A DNA stretch of 54,975 nt from Candidatus Micrarchaeota archaeon (GCA_027345565.1 DAHWIF010000002.1:1-54975); one strand, 5' to 3'. Numbered from the stretch's first letter, positions 17,839-26,836 are shown. The notes: generated by a model not told the origin, from the sequence alone. Translations and numbers: made by a program.

Positions 17839-20001
17839 ATGGACACTTTGATAATAGCAGAGAAGCCTAGCGTTGCGCTTCGCATAGCGTCTGCGCTCGG
17901 CAATGGGAAGCAGGAGCAGAGGCAAACCGACGAGAGGATCAGCTACTACGAGATAAAAGGGGCGAAGGAGAGCACATATGTAGCGGCTGCGGTAGGTCAC
18001 CTGTTCACGATAAGGCAGAAGGACAAGACGAGAGGCTACCCAGTCATTGAGATAGAGTGGGCGCCGTCGTATGCGGTCAGCTCGTTCTCCGAATACACCA
18101 AAAAGTATCTGGACGCTCTCGTATACCTCTCAAAAAGATGCGACAAGTTCATAAACGCGTGCGACTACGACACGGAAGGCACGGTGATAGGCACCAACAT
18201 AATAAAGTTCCTGAATAGGGGAAGGCTGGATGAGCGGGCGAAACGCATGAAGTTCTCGACCACCACGACCGACGACCTGCTTGACGCCTATAGGCACCTG
18301 ACCCCGCTTGACATTCATAACTTCCAGGCGGGCGAGGTGCGCCATATGCTGGACTGGCTCTGGGGGATAAATCTGAGCAGGGCGCTCACCCACGCGCTCT
18401 CCGGCAGGAGCTTCGGTGGAAAGCCGCTGAGCATAGGCAGGGTGCAAGGGCCAAGCCTGGCACTGCTCGCAAGGCACGAGATCAGCATAGCCAAGTTCGT
18501 GCCAAAGCCGTTCTGGAGGATAACCGCGATGATAAGCGGCACGGAGTTCTCTAACACAAAGGGCGACATCTTCAGCAAAGAGGCCGCAAAGTCTTCATAT
18601 GAGAAAACCCGGCAGCATTCATCAAGCGGGGCGATAGAGAGCGTCGAATCGACAGAGCGCAAGGTGAATCCATACCCGCCGTTCGACCTTACCGGCCTGC
18701 AGATGGAAGCTAACCGTGCGCTTAGGATGGATCCGACAAGGACCCTCGCCGTAGCGCAGTCCCTCTACGAAAGGTCGTTCATATCGTACCCGAGGACGTC
18801 GTCGCAGAAGCTGCCGCCGACCCTGGGGTTGCAGAGGATAATATCGGACATGGCGAAGGATCCGAAGTACGCTGATCTTGCAAATAAGCTTATAAAGCAG
18901 AAGAGGTTCACCCCCAAGGAAGGCGCGAAGACTGATGAGGCGCACCCCTCAATATTTCCTACTGGCGTAACGCCCACGGGCCTGACCCAGGAGGAAAGCA
19001 GGCTGTACGACCTGATAGCGAAGAGGTTCCTCTCGCTGTTTGCCGATCCGGCTACGGTAGCGAGGGTGAGGGTCGTGGCCGATTTCGGCGGAGAGAAATA
19101 CGCGGCAAATGGGGCTAGGGTGATCAGCAAGGGCTGGCTCGAGTTCTACGACTACACGAAGCTGGAGGAGAAGGAGCTGCCACGATTCAGCAAAGGAGCG
19201 CGTGTGCAATCGAGCAAAGTTGATATGAATGAGATGCAGACGCAGCCTCCAAAGAGGTACTCTAAAGCGACGCTGATATCCGAGCTTGAGAAGAGAAACC
19301 TCGGTACGAAAGCAACACGCGCCGCCATAATAGATACTCTGTTCAAGCGCGGCTACTTGGAGGGCACCAGCATAACGGTCACAAAGTTCGGCATGAGCGT
19401 GTATGAAGCCCTGGAGAAGAGCGCCAGGATGATAGTCGACGAGACGACGACAAGGAGGCTCGAGGAGGACATGGAGAGCATAGCTGCCGGCAAGAAGACC
19501 GAATCGGAAGTGTTGGATGAGGGCAAGGAGATGCTCCTCCAAGCTCTTAAGAGCTTCGACGAGCACAAGGACAAGATAGCTGCCGAGATGAAGAAGGCGC
19601 AGTACCAGAGCATGATACTGGGCAAATGCCCGAAGGATGGCGGCGACCTTGTTATAAGAAGGTCGAGGGCCGGAAAGACGTTCGCCGCCTGCGCCAATTA
19701 CCCAAAATGTACAAACACGTACTCGCTGCCGCAGAACTCGCTGATACAACCAACAGGAAGGACGTGCGAGCACTGCCATACTCCTATAATAAAGGTGATA
19801 AGGAAGGGCAGGCGTCCGTTCGAGATGGATCTAGACCCGCAGTGCATAACAAAGAAAGACTGGTCGCCTTTCGGTGAGCCAAAGAAGGTAGAGGTGATAC
19901 ACGCCGAGAAGGAGGCAAAGCCGAAGAAGCAGAAGAAAACGGTAAAGCGCGTGGCAAAACGTGCAAAGGGAACGACGGTGAAAAAAGATGAAGGAATCTA
20001 A
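17839..20001 (+). CDS. topA: DNA topoisomerase I (type IA)
   Basis: IIAEKPS, ACDYDTEG (TOPRIM), SIGRVQGP, ISYPRT catalytic Tyr, LGTKATRA, C-terminal Zn-ribbons. Confidence 0.97.
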   Translation: MDTLIIAEKPSVALRIASALGNGKQEQRQTDERISYYEIKGAKESTYVAAAVGHLFTIRQKDKTRGYPVIEIEWAPSYAVSSFSEYTKKYLDALVYLSKRCDKFINACDYDTEGTVIGTNIIKFLNRGRLDERAKRMKFSTTTTDDLLDAYRHLTPLDIHNFQAGEVRHMLDWLWGINLSRALTHALSGRSFGGKPLSIGRVQGPSLALLARHEISIAKFVPKPFWRITAMISGTEFSNTKGDIFSKEAAKSSYEKTRQHSSSGAIESVESTERKVNPYPPFDLTGLQMEANRALRMDPTRTLAVAQSLYERSFISYPRTSSQKLPPTLGLQRIISDMAKDPKYADLANKLIKQKRFTPKEGAKTDEAHPSIFPTGVTPTGLTQEESRLYDLIAKRFLSLFADPATVARVRVVADFGGEKYAANGARVISKGWLEFYDYTKLEEKELPRFSKGARVQSSKVDMNEMQTQPPKRYSKATLISELEKRNLGTKATRAAIIDTLFKRGYLEGTSITVTKFGMSVYEALEKSARMIVDETTTRRLEEDMESIAAGKKTESEVLDEGKEMLLQALKSFDEHKDKIAAEMKKAQYQSMILGKCPKDGGDLVIRRSRAGKTFAACANYPKCTNTYSLPQNSLIQPTGRTCEHCHTPIIKVIRKGRRPFEMDLDPQCITKKDWSPFGEPKKVEVIHAEKEAKPKKQKKTVKRVAKRAKGTTVKKDEGI

Positions 20002-20566
20002 CGATGTGCTTGTGCCGCAGCACTTCAAAAGGCTTAAGCGCGGCCCGCAGGTGATCCTACCGAAGGATATAGGCATGATAATAGCATATACCGGCATAGG
20101 CAAGGAGAGCACGTGCGTAGACGCTGGCACCGGCAGCGGCTGGCTCGCGATAGCCCTTGCAAGAATAGCAAAGGCGGTGACCACATACGATAACCGCGAT
20201 GAGTTCCTCAGAATAGCCGAAAGGAACAAGGAGATTGAGGGGCTTGGCAACCTTACAATAAAGAAGGGTGACGTGACGAAAGGCATAGACGAGAGCGACG
20301 TAGACCTCGTAACGCTCGACATGCCCGATTCAGACAAAGCTCTAAGGAATGCAAAGAAGGCTCTAAAGGCTGGCGGCCATGTAGTCGGCTACCTGCCCCA
20401 CACCGAGCAGGTGAGGAAGTTCGTAGAGACGCTCGAGAAGCTGAAGTTTTGCAACATACTTACGGTAGAGACAATAGTGCGCGATATCCTGGTCAGGGCG
20501 CAGGGTGTGAGGCCGTCGACAAAAGGGGTATGGCATACTGGATATCTTGTTTTTGCGCAGAAATAG
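19988..20566 (+). CDS. trmI: tRNA (adenine-N1)-methyltransferase TrmI, short form
   Basis: RGPQVILPKD, DAGTGSG, LDMPD, YLPHTEQV, RPSTKGVWHTGYLVFA. Confidence 0.9.
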   Translation: MKESNDVLVPQHFKRLKRGPQVILPKDIGMIIAYTGIGKESTCVDAGTGSGWLAIALARIAKAVTTYDNRDEFLRIAERNKEIEGLGNLTIKKGDVTKGIDESDVDLVTLDMPDSDKALRNAKKALKAGGHVVGYLPHTEQVRKFVETLEKLKFCNILTVETIVRDILVRAQGVRPSTKGVWHTGYLVFAQK

Positions 20567-20569
20567 GTC

Positions 20570-20695
20570 AATTTGTTTAGTGGATTGAGCTCGCGCTCAA
20601 CGGTTAATGGTCGGGCGTATGCAATGCATACGCCACGGGTGGATGAGAATAGGGTTGTTGCAGAATACGCATAATGTATTGTCTGAAACAAGATG
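20570..20695 (-). ncRNA. Candidate structured small RNA
   Basis: Orphan promoter AAGATTTAAATA (20728-20717) upstream; perfect stems at 20614-20634 and 20585-20600. Confidence 0.25.
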
Positions 20696-20786
20696 TAGTG
20701 TATTCGCTCAGTAGTATATTTAAATCTTACGGATTGTACCATTTATTTAGATAAATGACGTAGTTAACCGCATATTCTATAAAAGG

Positions 20787-21101
20787 CTACCTGCCCCTTG
20801 CGCCGTTCTTGTATCTCTTTATTAGGTCAATTGCGTGGTTTATCGCTTTCCTGACATCTGCCGTTGTCCTCGCCCCTGTGCATATGATCTTGCCGTTCTT
20901 GAAGAGGAGCAGGGCGGCTTTTGGGTCATGCACCTTGAGTATGGCGCCTGGGAACTGCTCCGGCTCGTAGTCGACGTCCCTCGAGAGTTTTGCGAGCCCG
21001 TATAAGTCCAAGTCGGTATTGAGCGCAGTGTTCGCCACTATGTTGACTATAGTATAGGTGGGTTTGAGTACAACTGGTCTTTTTGGGGCATGTCCGGTCA
21101 T
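20787..21101 (-). CDS. Single-repeat TATA-binding-protein-like protein (half TBP)
   Basis: One TBP repeat: IVNIVA, LDL, YEPEQFPG, LLLFKNGKIICTGA. 104 aa; no second repeat seen in the downstream sequence. Confidence 0.85.
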   Translation of the reverse strand: MTGHAPKRPVVLKPTYTIVNIVANTALNTDLDLYGLAKLSRDVDYEPEQFPGAILKVHDPKAALLLFKNGKIICTGARTTADVRKAINHAIDLIKRYKNGARGR

Positions 21102-21169
21102 GTAATGCAGGATAAGTTCTATCTAAAGGTATAAATACATTCACGGCAAATGAGCCTAGATGTGAGTTT

Positions 21170-21454
21170 ATGTCAAAAAGGTCTCAGGGACTCCTTGTAG
21201 GAAAAACGAGGCATCTGGCAAGGCATCACAAGCCGTCGACGCTAAATACGAACGCAATAATAAAGCAGTTCTCAATAGGCGATAAGGTGTACATAGTGCC
21301 GAAGGGCGGCATGCACAACATACCCCATCCAAGGTATAAGGGTAGGACCGGCACTGTGGTGGAAAAAAGGGGATCCGCTTATGTGGTGAAGGTCAGGATA
21401 ATGAATGCAGAACGCACGCTCATAGTGCCGTCGCTGCATCTTGATAAGGCCTAG
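21170..21454 (+). CDS. rpl21e: 50S ribosomal protein L21e
   Basis: FSIGDKVYI, PHPRYKGRTGTVVEKRGSAYVV, LIVPSLHL. Confidence 0.95.
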   Translation: MSKRSQGLLVGKTRHLARHHKPSTLNTNAIIKQFSIGDKVYIVPKGGMHNIPHPRYKGRTGTVVEKRGSAYVVKVRIMNAERTLIVPSLHLDKA

Positions 21455-22023
21455 TACCTGCCCTCTCTCTTCACATATGGCTTCGTGAACATGTAGAAGC
21501 GCTCGTTGCCCTGCAGCTCCAGCATTATGCGTTCTATTATCAGCTTCCTCGGCTCCTGCAGCAGAGACACGCGCTTGTTTATGTCGTCGAAGCTCTCGAA
21601 CCTCTTCTCCTCCCTTGCCTTGAGTATCGCTGCGAGATGCTTCTTCCCTACACCAGGAAGCAGCTCGAGCGAATGCTGCCTTATGTTCAGCGGCCCGGCG
21701 TTGTTGAACACATCTACGAATCTCTTCTCGTTAGCGTCCATTATCTGCAATATGACCTTCTGCAGGCCGTTCTTAGCCGTCTGTGTAAGGTCCCCGTACG
21801 ATATCCTCGCCTTTATAAGCGCAACCTTGTCGCGCTCTTCTCTGCCTATATAGACCCTCTCGCCGAGCGACATGGTTACGCCAGGCTTTGGCGTAACCTC
21901 CAAGAGGGTGAACCACTCCTCCCCGATAAGCTGCGCTATCGGTTCGGACCTTGTAGAAAAGGACTTCCCAGTAGACATGAAGTCAAGCACGTATGCGTAC
22001 TCCTCACGTCTTTCCTCTTGCAT
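21451..22023 (-). CDS. DUF655 family HhH nucleic-acid-binding protein
   Basis: EEYAYVLDF, GEEWFTLLE, HSLELLPGVGKK, FESFDDI; follows rpoF as is usual in archaea. Confidence 0.9.
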   Translation of the reverse strand: MQEERREEYAYVLDFMSTGKSFSTRSEPIAQLIGEEWFTLLEVTPKPGVTMSLGERVYIGREERDKVALIKARISYGDLTQTAKNGLQKVILQIMDANEKRFVDVFNNAGPLNIRQHSLELLPGVGKKHLAAILKAREEKRFESFDDINKRVSLLQEPRKLIIERIMLELQGNERFYMFTKPYVKREGRY

Positions 22024-22049
22024 ATTGGCATTACCCCTACCATTCAAAC

Positions 22050-22379
22050 CTACTTCGGATTCACTATAGACATAATCTTCTTTATCTCTGCGTCCGTGAA
22101 GGCTTTCTTCTCTCCGACGAGTATCTGCTTGAGAAGCGTCTCGCTCTTCGGCATCGTGTTCAGTATAGCAAGCACTGTCCGCTGCGATAGTGTGCCGAGC
22201 TCCTCCAGCGCCTTCCTCGTCTTCTGCTCCGAGCTCTTTGAGGTAGCGAATTTCGACGCATGCTCCAGGGCTATCTGCTGCTCATAGGTAAGCTCGCGCT
22301 CCTTCTTCCGCGCCTCAAGTATCTCAAGCGCCTCGTTGAGAGAAACGTGTCCTGTGTTCTTCGACTCTTTGCCTATCAT
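22050..22379 (-). CDS. rpoF: RNA polymerase subunit F (Rpo4)
   Basis: VSLNEALEIL, ELTYEQQIALEHASKF, NTMPKS; adjacent to DUF655. Confidence 0.9.
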   Translation of the reverse strand: MIGKESKNTGHVSLNEALEILEARKKERELTYEQQIALEHASKFATSKSSEQKTRKALEELGTLSQRTVLAILNTMPKSETLLKQILVGEKKAFTDAEIKKIMSIVNPK

Positions 22380-22468
22380 ACCCACCACAGCACTAAGTAT
22401 TTAGTAATTGATACCGATACCTACAAGATAATAATCATTCCGTTGATTGGGTATAAAAAGGTTTGTCC

Positions 22469-23377
22469 ATGGATCCAAAAGCCGCCTATAACGCCGTATA
22501 CGATGAGGTGAAAAAGCATATAGCCGGCAAGGAGGATACGATAAAACTAATCTTCACCGCTCTGATTGCGAATGGCCACATCCTGCTTGAGGGCGTGCCG
22601 GGAGTGGCCAAGACGACGATGACCAAGACGATTGCCGATACGATAGACGCGAGCTTCGGCAGGATCCAGGGGATGCCCGACCTTGAGATAAAGGACATAA
22701 TCGGGTTCACTTACATTGACGAGAACAAGAACATAGCGCTGAAGAAAGGACCGATATTCAACAACATACTGCTCGTAGACGAGCTCAACAGGGCTCCGCC
22801 GAAGACGACCACAGCGCTCCTCGAGGCGCTGGAGGAGAGGCAGGTGACGGTATCTGACACTACCGTGCCGCTCGAGAAGCCGTTCATGGCCCTGGCGACG
22901 CAGAACCCCCTCAACATAGAGGGCACGTCGCCGCTGCCCAAGGTGCTTGCAGACAGGTTCCTCATGAGGATAGAGGTGACATATCCGAGCATGGATGAGG
23001 AGGAGGAGATGCTGCGCCTGAAGGAGAGGGAGGACAAGGTAATTGTTAAGAGGGTGCTTAGCAAGGACGACGTGCTCCAGATGCAGTCGATGGTGAACGG
23101 GATAAAGATGCCTGATGACGTTGAGAAATACATAACTAGGCTCGTCGATGCGACAAGGACAGAGATACACACCGTAATGGGCGGGAGCCCCAGGGCGGAG
23201 ATAAGCTTCATGAAGTGCGCAAAGGCGAAGGCGCTGATAGACGGAAGGGACAGCATAACGACAGATGATGTTAAGTACCTGGCGAGGCCTGTGCTCAGCC
23301 ACAGGATAGTGGCGAGAGCTACCGGAGGAATAGGTGTCAATGGCATAATAGACGGGATAGTTGCTACGCTGCACTGA
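22469..23377 (+). CDS. MoxR-family AAA+ ATPase
   Basis: GHILLEGVPGVAKT, GPIF, VDELNRAPPK, LLEALEERQVT, ATQNP, DRF, SPRA, VLSHRI. Confidence 0.92.
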   Translation: MDPKAAYNAVYDEVKKHIAGKEDTIKLIFTALIANGHILLEGVPGVAKTTMTKTIADTIDASFGRIQGMPDLEIKDIIGFTYIDENKNIALKKGPIFNNILLVDELNRAPPKTTTALLEALEERQVTVSDTTVPLEKPFMALATQNPLNIEGTSPLPKVLADRFLMRIEVTYPSMDEEEEMLRLKEREDKVIVKRVLSKDDVLQMQSMVNGIKMPDDVEKYITRLVDATRTEIHTVMGGSPRAEISFMKCAKAKALIDGRDSITTDDVKYLARPVLSHRIVARATGGIGVNGIIDGIVATLH

Positions 23378-23387
23378 ATGCGATTGG

Positions 23388-23867
23388 ATGGGAAACGTAA
23401 AAGCACAATCCGCACTGGAGTACATGATTACCTACGGGTGGATGATACTGGTAGTAGCGATAGTGCTCGCCGCGCTTTATTTCCTTGGCGTGTTCAACTC
23501 CAGCGCGCTTATAAGCGATACCTGCACGATGCCGATCGGCTTTACCTGTACCGGAACGGTGCTGACTTCATCAGGGTCGCTTAGCCTTAGCATGGAGCAG
23601 GGTACATCATCGCAGATAAATGTAACCGCCATAGGCTGCAACACTAACGTGACAACCGCAAACATGCAGCAGGAGAGCCCGCAGGTTAGCATATTTGCAG
23701 GAAGCAGCTACACCTTCAACTCTGTACAGTGTTATGCGGGAGCATCGGCCTTCAGCGGGGCGATAGGCTCGGTCTACCGAGGCTACCTGATCATGAATTA
23801 TACGGATATTGCGTCAGGGCTGTCGCACACTATCACTGGCAGCGTGCTGTTGAAGGTCAAGAAATAG
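23388..23867 (+). CDS. Type IV pilin-like protein (class III signal peptide)
   Basis: KAQSALEYMITYGWMILVVAIVLAALYFLGVF, paired Cys; same family as the N-terminus of 3489-6878. Confidence 0.85.
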   Translation: MGNVKAQSALEYMITYGWMILVVAIVLAALYFLGVFNSSALISDTCTMPIGFTCTGTVLTSSGSLSLSMEQGTSSQINVTAIGCNTNVTTANMQQESPQVSIFAGSSYTFNSVQCYAGASAFSGAIGSVYRGYLIMNYTDIASGLSHTITGSVLLKVKK

Positions 23868-25790
23868 TCATTCAAGTCTGAACCTGCTCAATGTCCTCTT
23901 CCTGGAGCTCTTGAATGGCCTGAAGGGGATCCCATTGCCGGTGTAGAATTTCGAGAAGAACTCCACGTAGATGAGCCTTGCGCCTTGTATGCCCGCTTCG
24001 AAAAGCGCTATTATAAGGTTGAATACCTGGCCAACGACAAGTATGATTATGCCAACTATGGCAAGGAGCAGCGAATGCGTCACTCCGTGCAGGAATATGA
24101 GGTCTATTATACCAGCGAGTATGACCGAAGTTAGCAATATGCCGACAAGCCTGACATAAGAGAGTATATGGCTCACTATCGATGGAAGCTCCATCAGCGA
24201 GCCGAAGCCCTCGCCGTACAAGACCGTAGCGATTCCGCCGACCAGCATTGCGTACGCCGCGATTACCAGCGGGTTAGATATCCCCAACGGCGCCTTGTGG
24301 AGCACAGACAACCCGAATATCACAACACCAAGCGCGGCGAAGAACCAGCCCAGCTTTGCTATCGCGTGCTTTTTCTCGTGGTGCGCCACCTTGTTTATGA
24401 ACCCCAGTATGAATCCGAACTCGACCATCGCCACACCCATGTAGCCGGCTATCACAAGCAGCGTTGGCAGCCCGACAAGCACGTTGAACGGTGCGGTATA
24501 CGGCAGCTGGAATCCCAGGTATTCGTTGAACAGCACGCCCAGCACCATCGCGATAACCGAACCGGGTATTATCGCCTTCGCTATGGTCATAAGCCCGTCA
24601 GGACCGACTATCATCGTGACGAACCTGGTCAGCGGCCTCGGCAGCCTGCTACTCTTCACCGGATGCTTGAGCCTGTGGATGAGCCAGAGCGAGCCAAGCA
24701 GCATCACCAGCCCGTATCCGAAATCTCCCACCATGAATCCGAAGAATATCGGGAAGACGACAACGAATATCATTGTCGGGTCTATCTCATCGCTCCTCGG
24801 CAGCGAATAGAAGCGTATGAAGAACTCGAAGAACCTGGTGATCGCCGGGTTGTCCAGCTGCGTGGGAGGCAATTCCTTTGTCTTTATACTCTCAAGCATG
24901 AAGTGCCCGCCAGACATCCTATCCGCAGCTCTTCTTATCCTGTGCACGTCTGAGTGCCTGGCCCACCCCTCCATTACTACCACGTCCTTTCCGACGCCTA
25001 TCCTGTTTGTTATCTCCTGCTTCTCCATCTCTATGTCGAGCTGTTCCCTTATCGCGCTCACCAGCGGGTACCATCTCTCAGATATCACGCGCAGCTCATC
25101 TTCATGTGCTTTCCTTCTCGCATTCAGGCGTGTGAGCCTGCCCTTCGCGCTTTCAGCCAGTGCATCCACCTTGCCGTGCAGCTCCGGCACAGCCTCGAGT
25201 TCTACATTGTACCTCTCTGCAAGTAATCCGAAGTCCTTCTCAATGGCTTTGCTGATGCTGACAATAACGGATCCATCTAGCTCCACTACGAAAGAGTCGG
25301 GTATCTCGCGTTTCACCGCAGCGCAAAGCTGCCTAAGCTCCTTTCCGGTCGCTACAAATGACCTTATGTTGCTCGAATGCAGCACGCTCAGGTCCCTTCC
25401 GAATCCTTTCAGCTTGGCCGCCAGCTTCAGTTCGGTGTCACATTCCTTCATCTGCGCGGCTATTGCGTCGAGCTCTCTCTTTATCGCGCTCACCCTGCCG
25501 TCTATCTTGACTGATTCGCATTCATGGAATAGCTGTTGCATGCTCTCGAAGACGAGCTTCTTGTCATCATGTATGGGATATAGCAGGCTACTCAGGCCCC
25601 TGAACCTCTGCGCCATGTCTGATATCTCCTTGTAGCTCGCGACCTCGCCGCCTCCGATGAGCTTCATCGCCTCATCTCCTGCGACGTCTATCTGCATGAC
25701 GCCAAGGTCGTGGAGCGCAGACAGCACCTCGCTGTAGAACTCCCTAGATATTACGAGCCTTATTTTCGTCATCCTGGATGGTTTCAGCAT
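23868..25790 (-). CDS. atpI: A/V-type ATP synthase subunit I (a)
   Basis: PPTQLDN, EIDPT, FFGFMVGDFGYG, SHILSYVRL essential Arg, RLIYVEFFSKFY. Confidence 0.96.
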   Translation of the reverse strand: MLKPSRMTKIRLVISREFYSEVLSALHDLGVMQIDVAGDEAMKLIGGGEVASYKEISDMAQRFRGLSSLLYPIHDDKKLVFESMQQLFHECESVKIDGRVSAIKRELDAIAAQMKECDTELKLAAKLKGFGRDLSVLHSSNIRSFVATGKELRQLCAAVKREIPDSFVVELDGSVIVSISKAIEKDFGLLAERYNVELEAVPELHGKVDALAESAKGRLTRLNARRKAHEDELRVISERWYPLVSAIREQLDIEMEKQEITNRIGVGKDVVVMEGWARHSDVHRIRRAADRMSGGHFMLESIKTKELPPTQLDNPAITRFFEFFIRFYSLPRSDEIDPTMIFVVVFPIFFGFMVGDFGYGLVMLLGSLWLIHRLKHPVKSSRLPRPLTRFVTMIVGPDGLMTIAKAIIPGSVIAMVLGVLFNEYLGFQLPYTAPFNVLVGLPTLLVIAGYMGVAMVEFGFILGFINKVAHHEKKHAIAKLGWFFAALGVVIFGLSVLHKAPLGISNPLVIAAYAMLVGGIATVLYGEGFGSLMELPSIVSHILSYVRLVGILLTSVILAGIIDLIFLHGVTHSLLLAIVGIIILVVGQVFNLIIALFEAGIQGARLIYVEFFSKFYTGNGIPFRPFKSSRKRTLSRFRLE

Positions 25791-26113
25791 TACCTCACGC
25801 CGAACCTTTTCATAATCAGCTTTCTGAAGATTCCATAAGCGGTTTTGCTGTCCACGCCCTTTATTCCGCCGGTTTTCGACTTCGCTTCGTCAAGTACCCT
25901 CCCATGCTCTTCTTGCGCAGCAGTGCGGGCGCGCTCGATCTCATCTTCGTATGACTTCTGCGCCTCGACCTCTGCCTCTTCGGTTATGTGCTTCGCCTCG
26001 TCGTTTGCTTTCTCTACAAGACTTTTTGACTCCTTCTCAGCGCGCTCGACCCTCTTGGCTGCGCTCTCTTCCGCTTTTTTTATCTTTTCGAGTGCCTCAA
26101 GGTCGCTCTTCAT
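25790..26113 (-). CDS. atpH: A/V-type ATP synthase subunit H (G-like peripheral stalk)
   Basis: LEKIKKAEESA...AEVEA coiled coil directly before atpI. Confidence 0.8.
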   Translation of the reverse strand: MKSDLEALEKIKKAEESAAKRVERAEKESKSLVEKANDEAKHITEEAEVEAQKSYEDEIERARTAAQEEHGRVLDEAKSKTGGIKGVDSKTAYGIFRKLIMKRFGVR

Positions 26114-26223
26114 AAGAACACCACGAATATCAGCGCGATTAGCGCTATAGCCAGCGCTATGTTCGCCACCATGAAGAGCGTCCATATGGCCCTGAACTCT
26201 TTCAATTTCCTATTATCAGCCAT
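26110..26223 (-). CDS. 37-aa single-TM microprotein inside the ATP synthase operon
   Basis: MADNRKLKEFRAIWTLFMVANIALAIALIALIFVVFL*. Start overlaps the atpD stop and its stop overlaps the atpH start (ATGA); fills the gap exactly. Confidence 0.75.
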   Translation of the reverse strand: MADNRKLKEFRAIWTLFMVANIALAIALIALIFVVFL

Positions 26224-26836
26224 CCATCTTCCTCTTTATGAACTTCAGCGAGACTACCTGGTCTCTCTCAAGGTCCTCCAGCCTCTGCCTTATATACGAT
26301 ATCCTTGCCTGCATGCCAGGTATCACGACGTTCTCTATTGCATTCGCCCTCCTGTTTAGCTTCTCTATCTCGTATAGCAGCTTCCTGAGCGAATTCTCCT
26401 TCTCTGCTATCTCTATCAGAAGGCTGAACAGCGATCTGTAGCTTTTCCGCGCATCCTCTACGGCGGTCGGCACCGATATAAGCTCGTAGCCGAGGCTGAA
26501 CTGCGTTCCTGATTCTATGCTCAGATTCGGTATCCTGACGCCCATCACGTTCCTTGCGTTCACGCCGACGAGCATTGTCGCCTGCTCCGCGGCTATCCTC
26601 TCAACATTAATCCTGCCGGTCTGTATGTCAGCTATCTTTGTGCTGTCCATCGCTGTCTGCACGCTGCTGCCGAGGTTAGCCCTGAGCAGCTCTATCTGCC
26701 TGGCGAGGCTGAAGAACTCCAGGACGAGGCTCGCCCTTTTCATCTTCAGCAGCGACAGCCCCTTCGTGGCTACCTTTACCCTCGCCTTTGTCCTTATCAG
26801 CTCGATCCTTGTTGTCTTTATTATCCCTATCGCCAT
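26216..26836 (-). CDS. atpD: A/V-type ATP synthase subunit D
   Basis: TTRIEL, GLSLLKMKR, NVMGVRIP, RRANAIENVVIP. Confidence 0.96.
   Translation of the reverse strand: MAIGIIKTTRIELIRTKARVKVATKGLSLLKMKRASLVLEFFSLARQIELLRANLGSSVQTAMDSTKIADIQTGRINVERIAAEQATMLVGVNARNVMGVRIPNLSIESGTQFSLGYELISVPTAVEDARKSYRSLFSLLIEIAEKENSLRKLLYEIEKLNRRANAIENVVIPGMQARISYIRQRLEDLERDQVVSLKFIKRKMDG

Noticed and set aside
17757-18717. 15-bp repeat GATGGAAGCTAACCG near 17757 and 18702
   Set aside because: Both copies lie in unrelated coding sequence (MEANR) with no boundary signal; likely chance.
20640-20686. C/D-box sRNA on the plus strand (TGGATGA...CAGA...CTGA)
   Set aside because: No credible C' box, the second guide is too short, and no target was identified.
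20389-20742. 117-aa minus-strand ORF as the missing second TBP repeat
   Set aside because: It has no TBP motifs and runs antisense into trmI.
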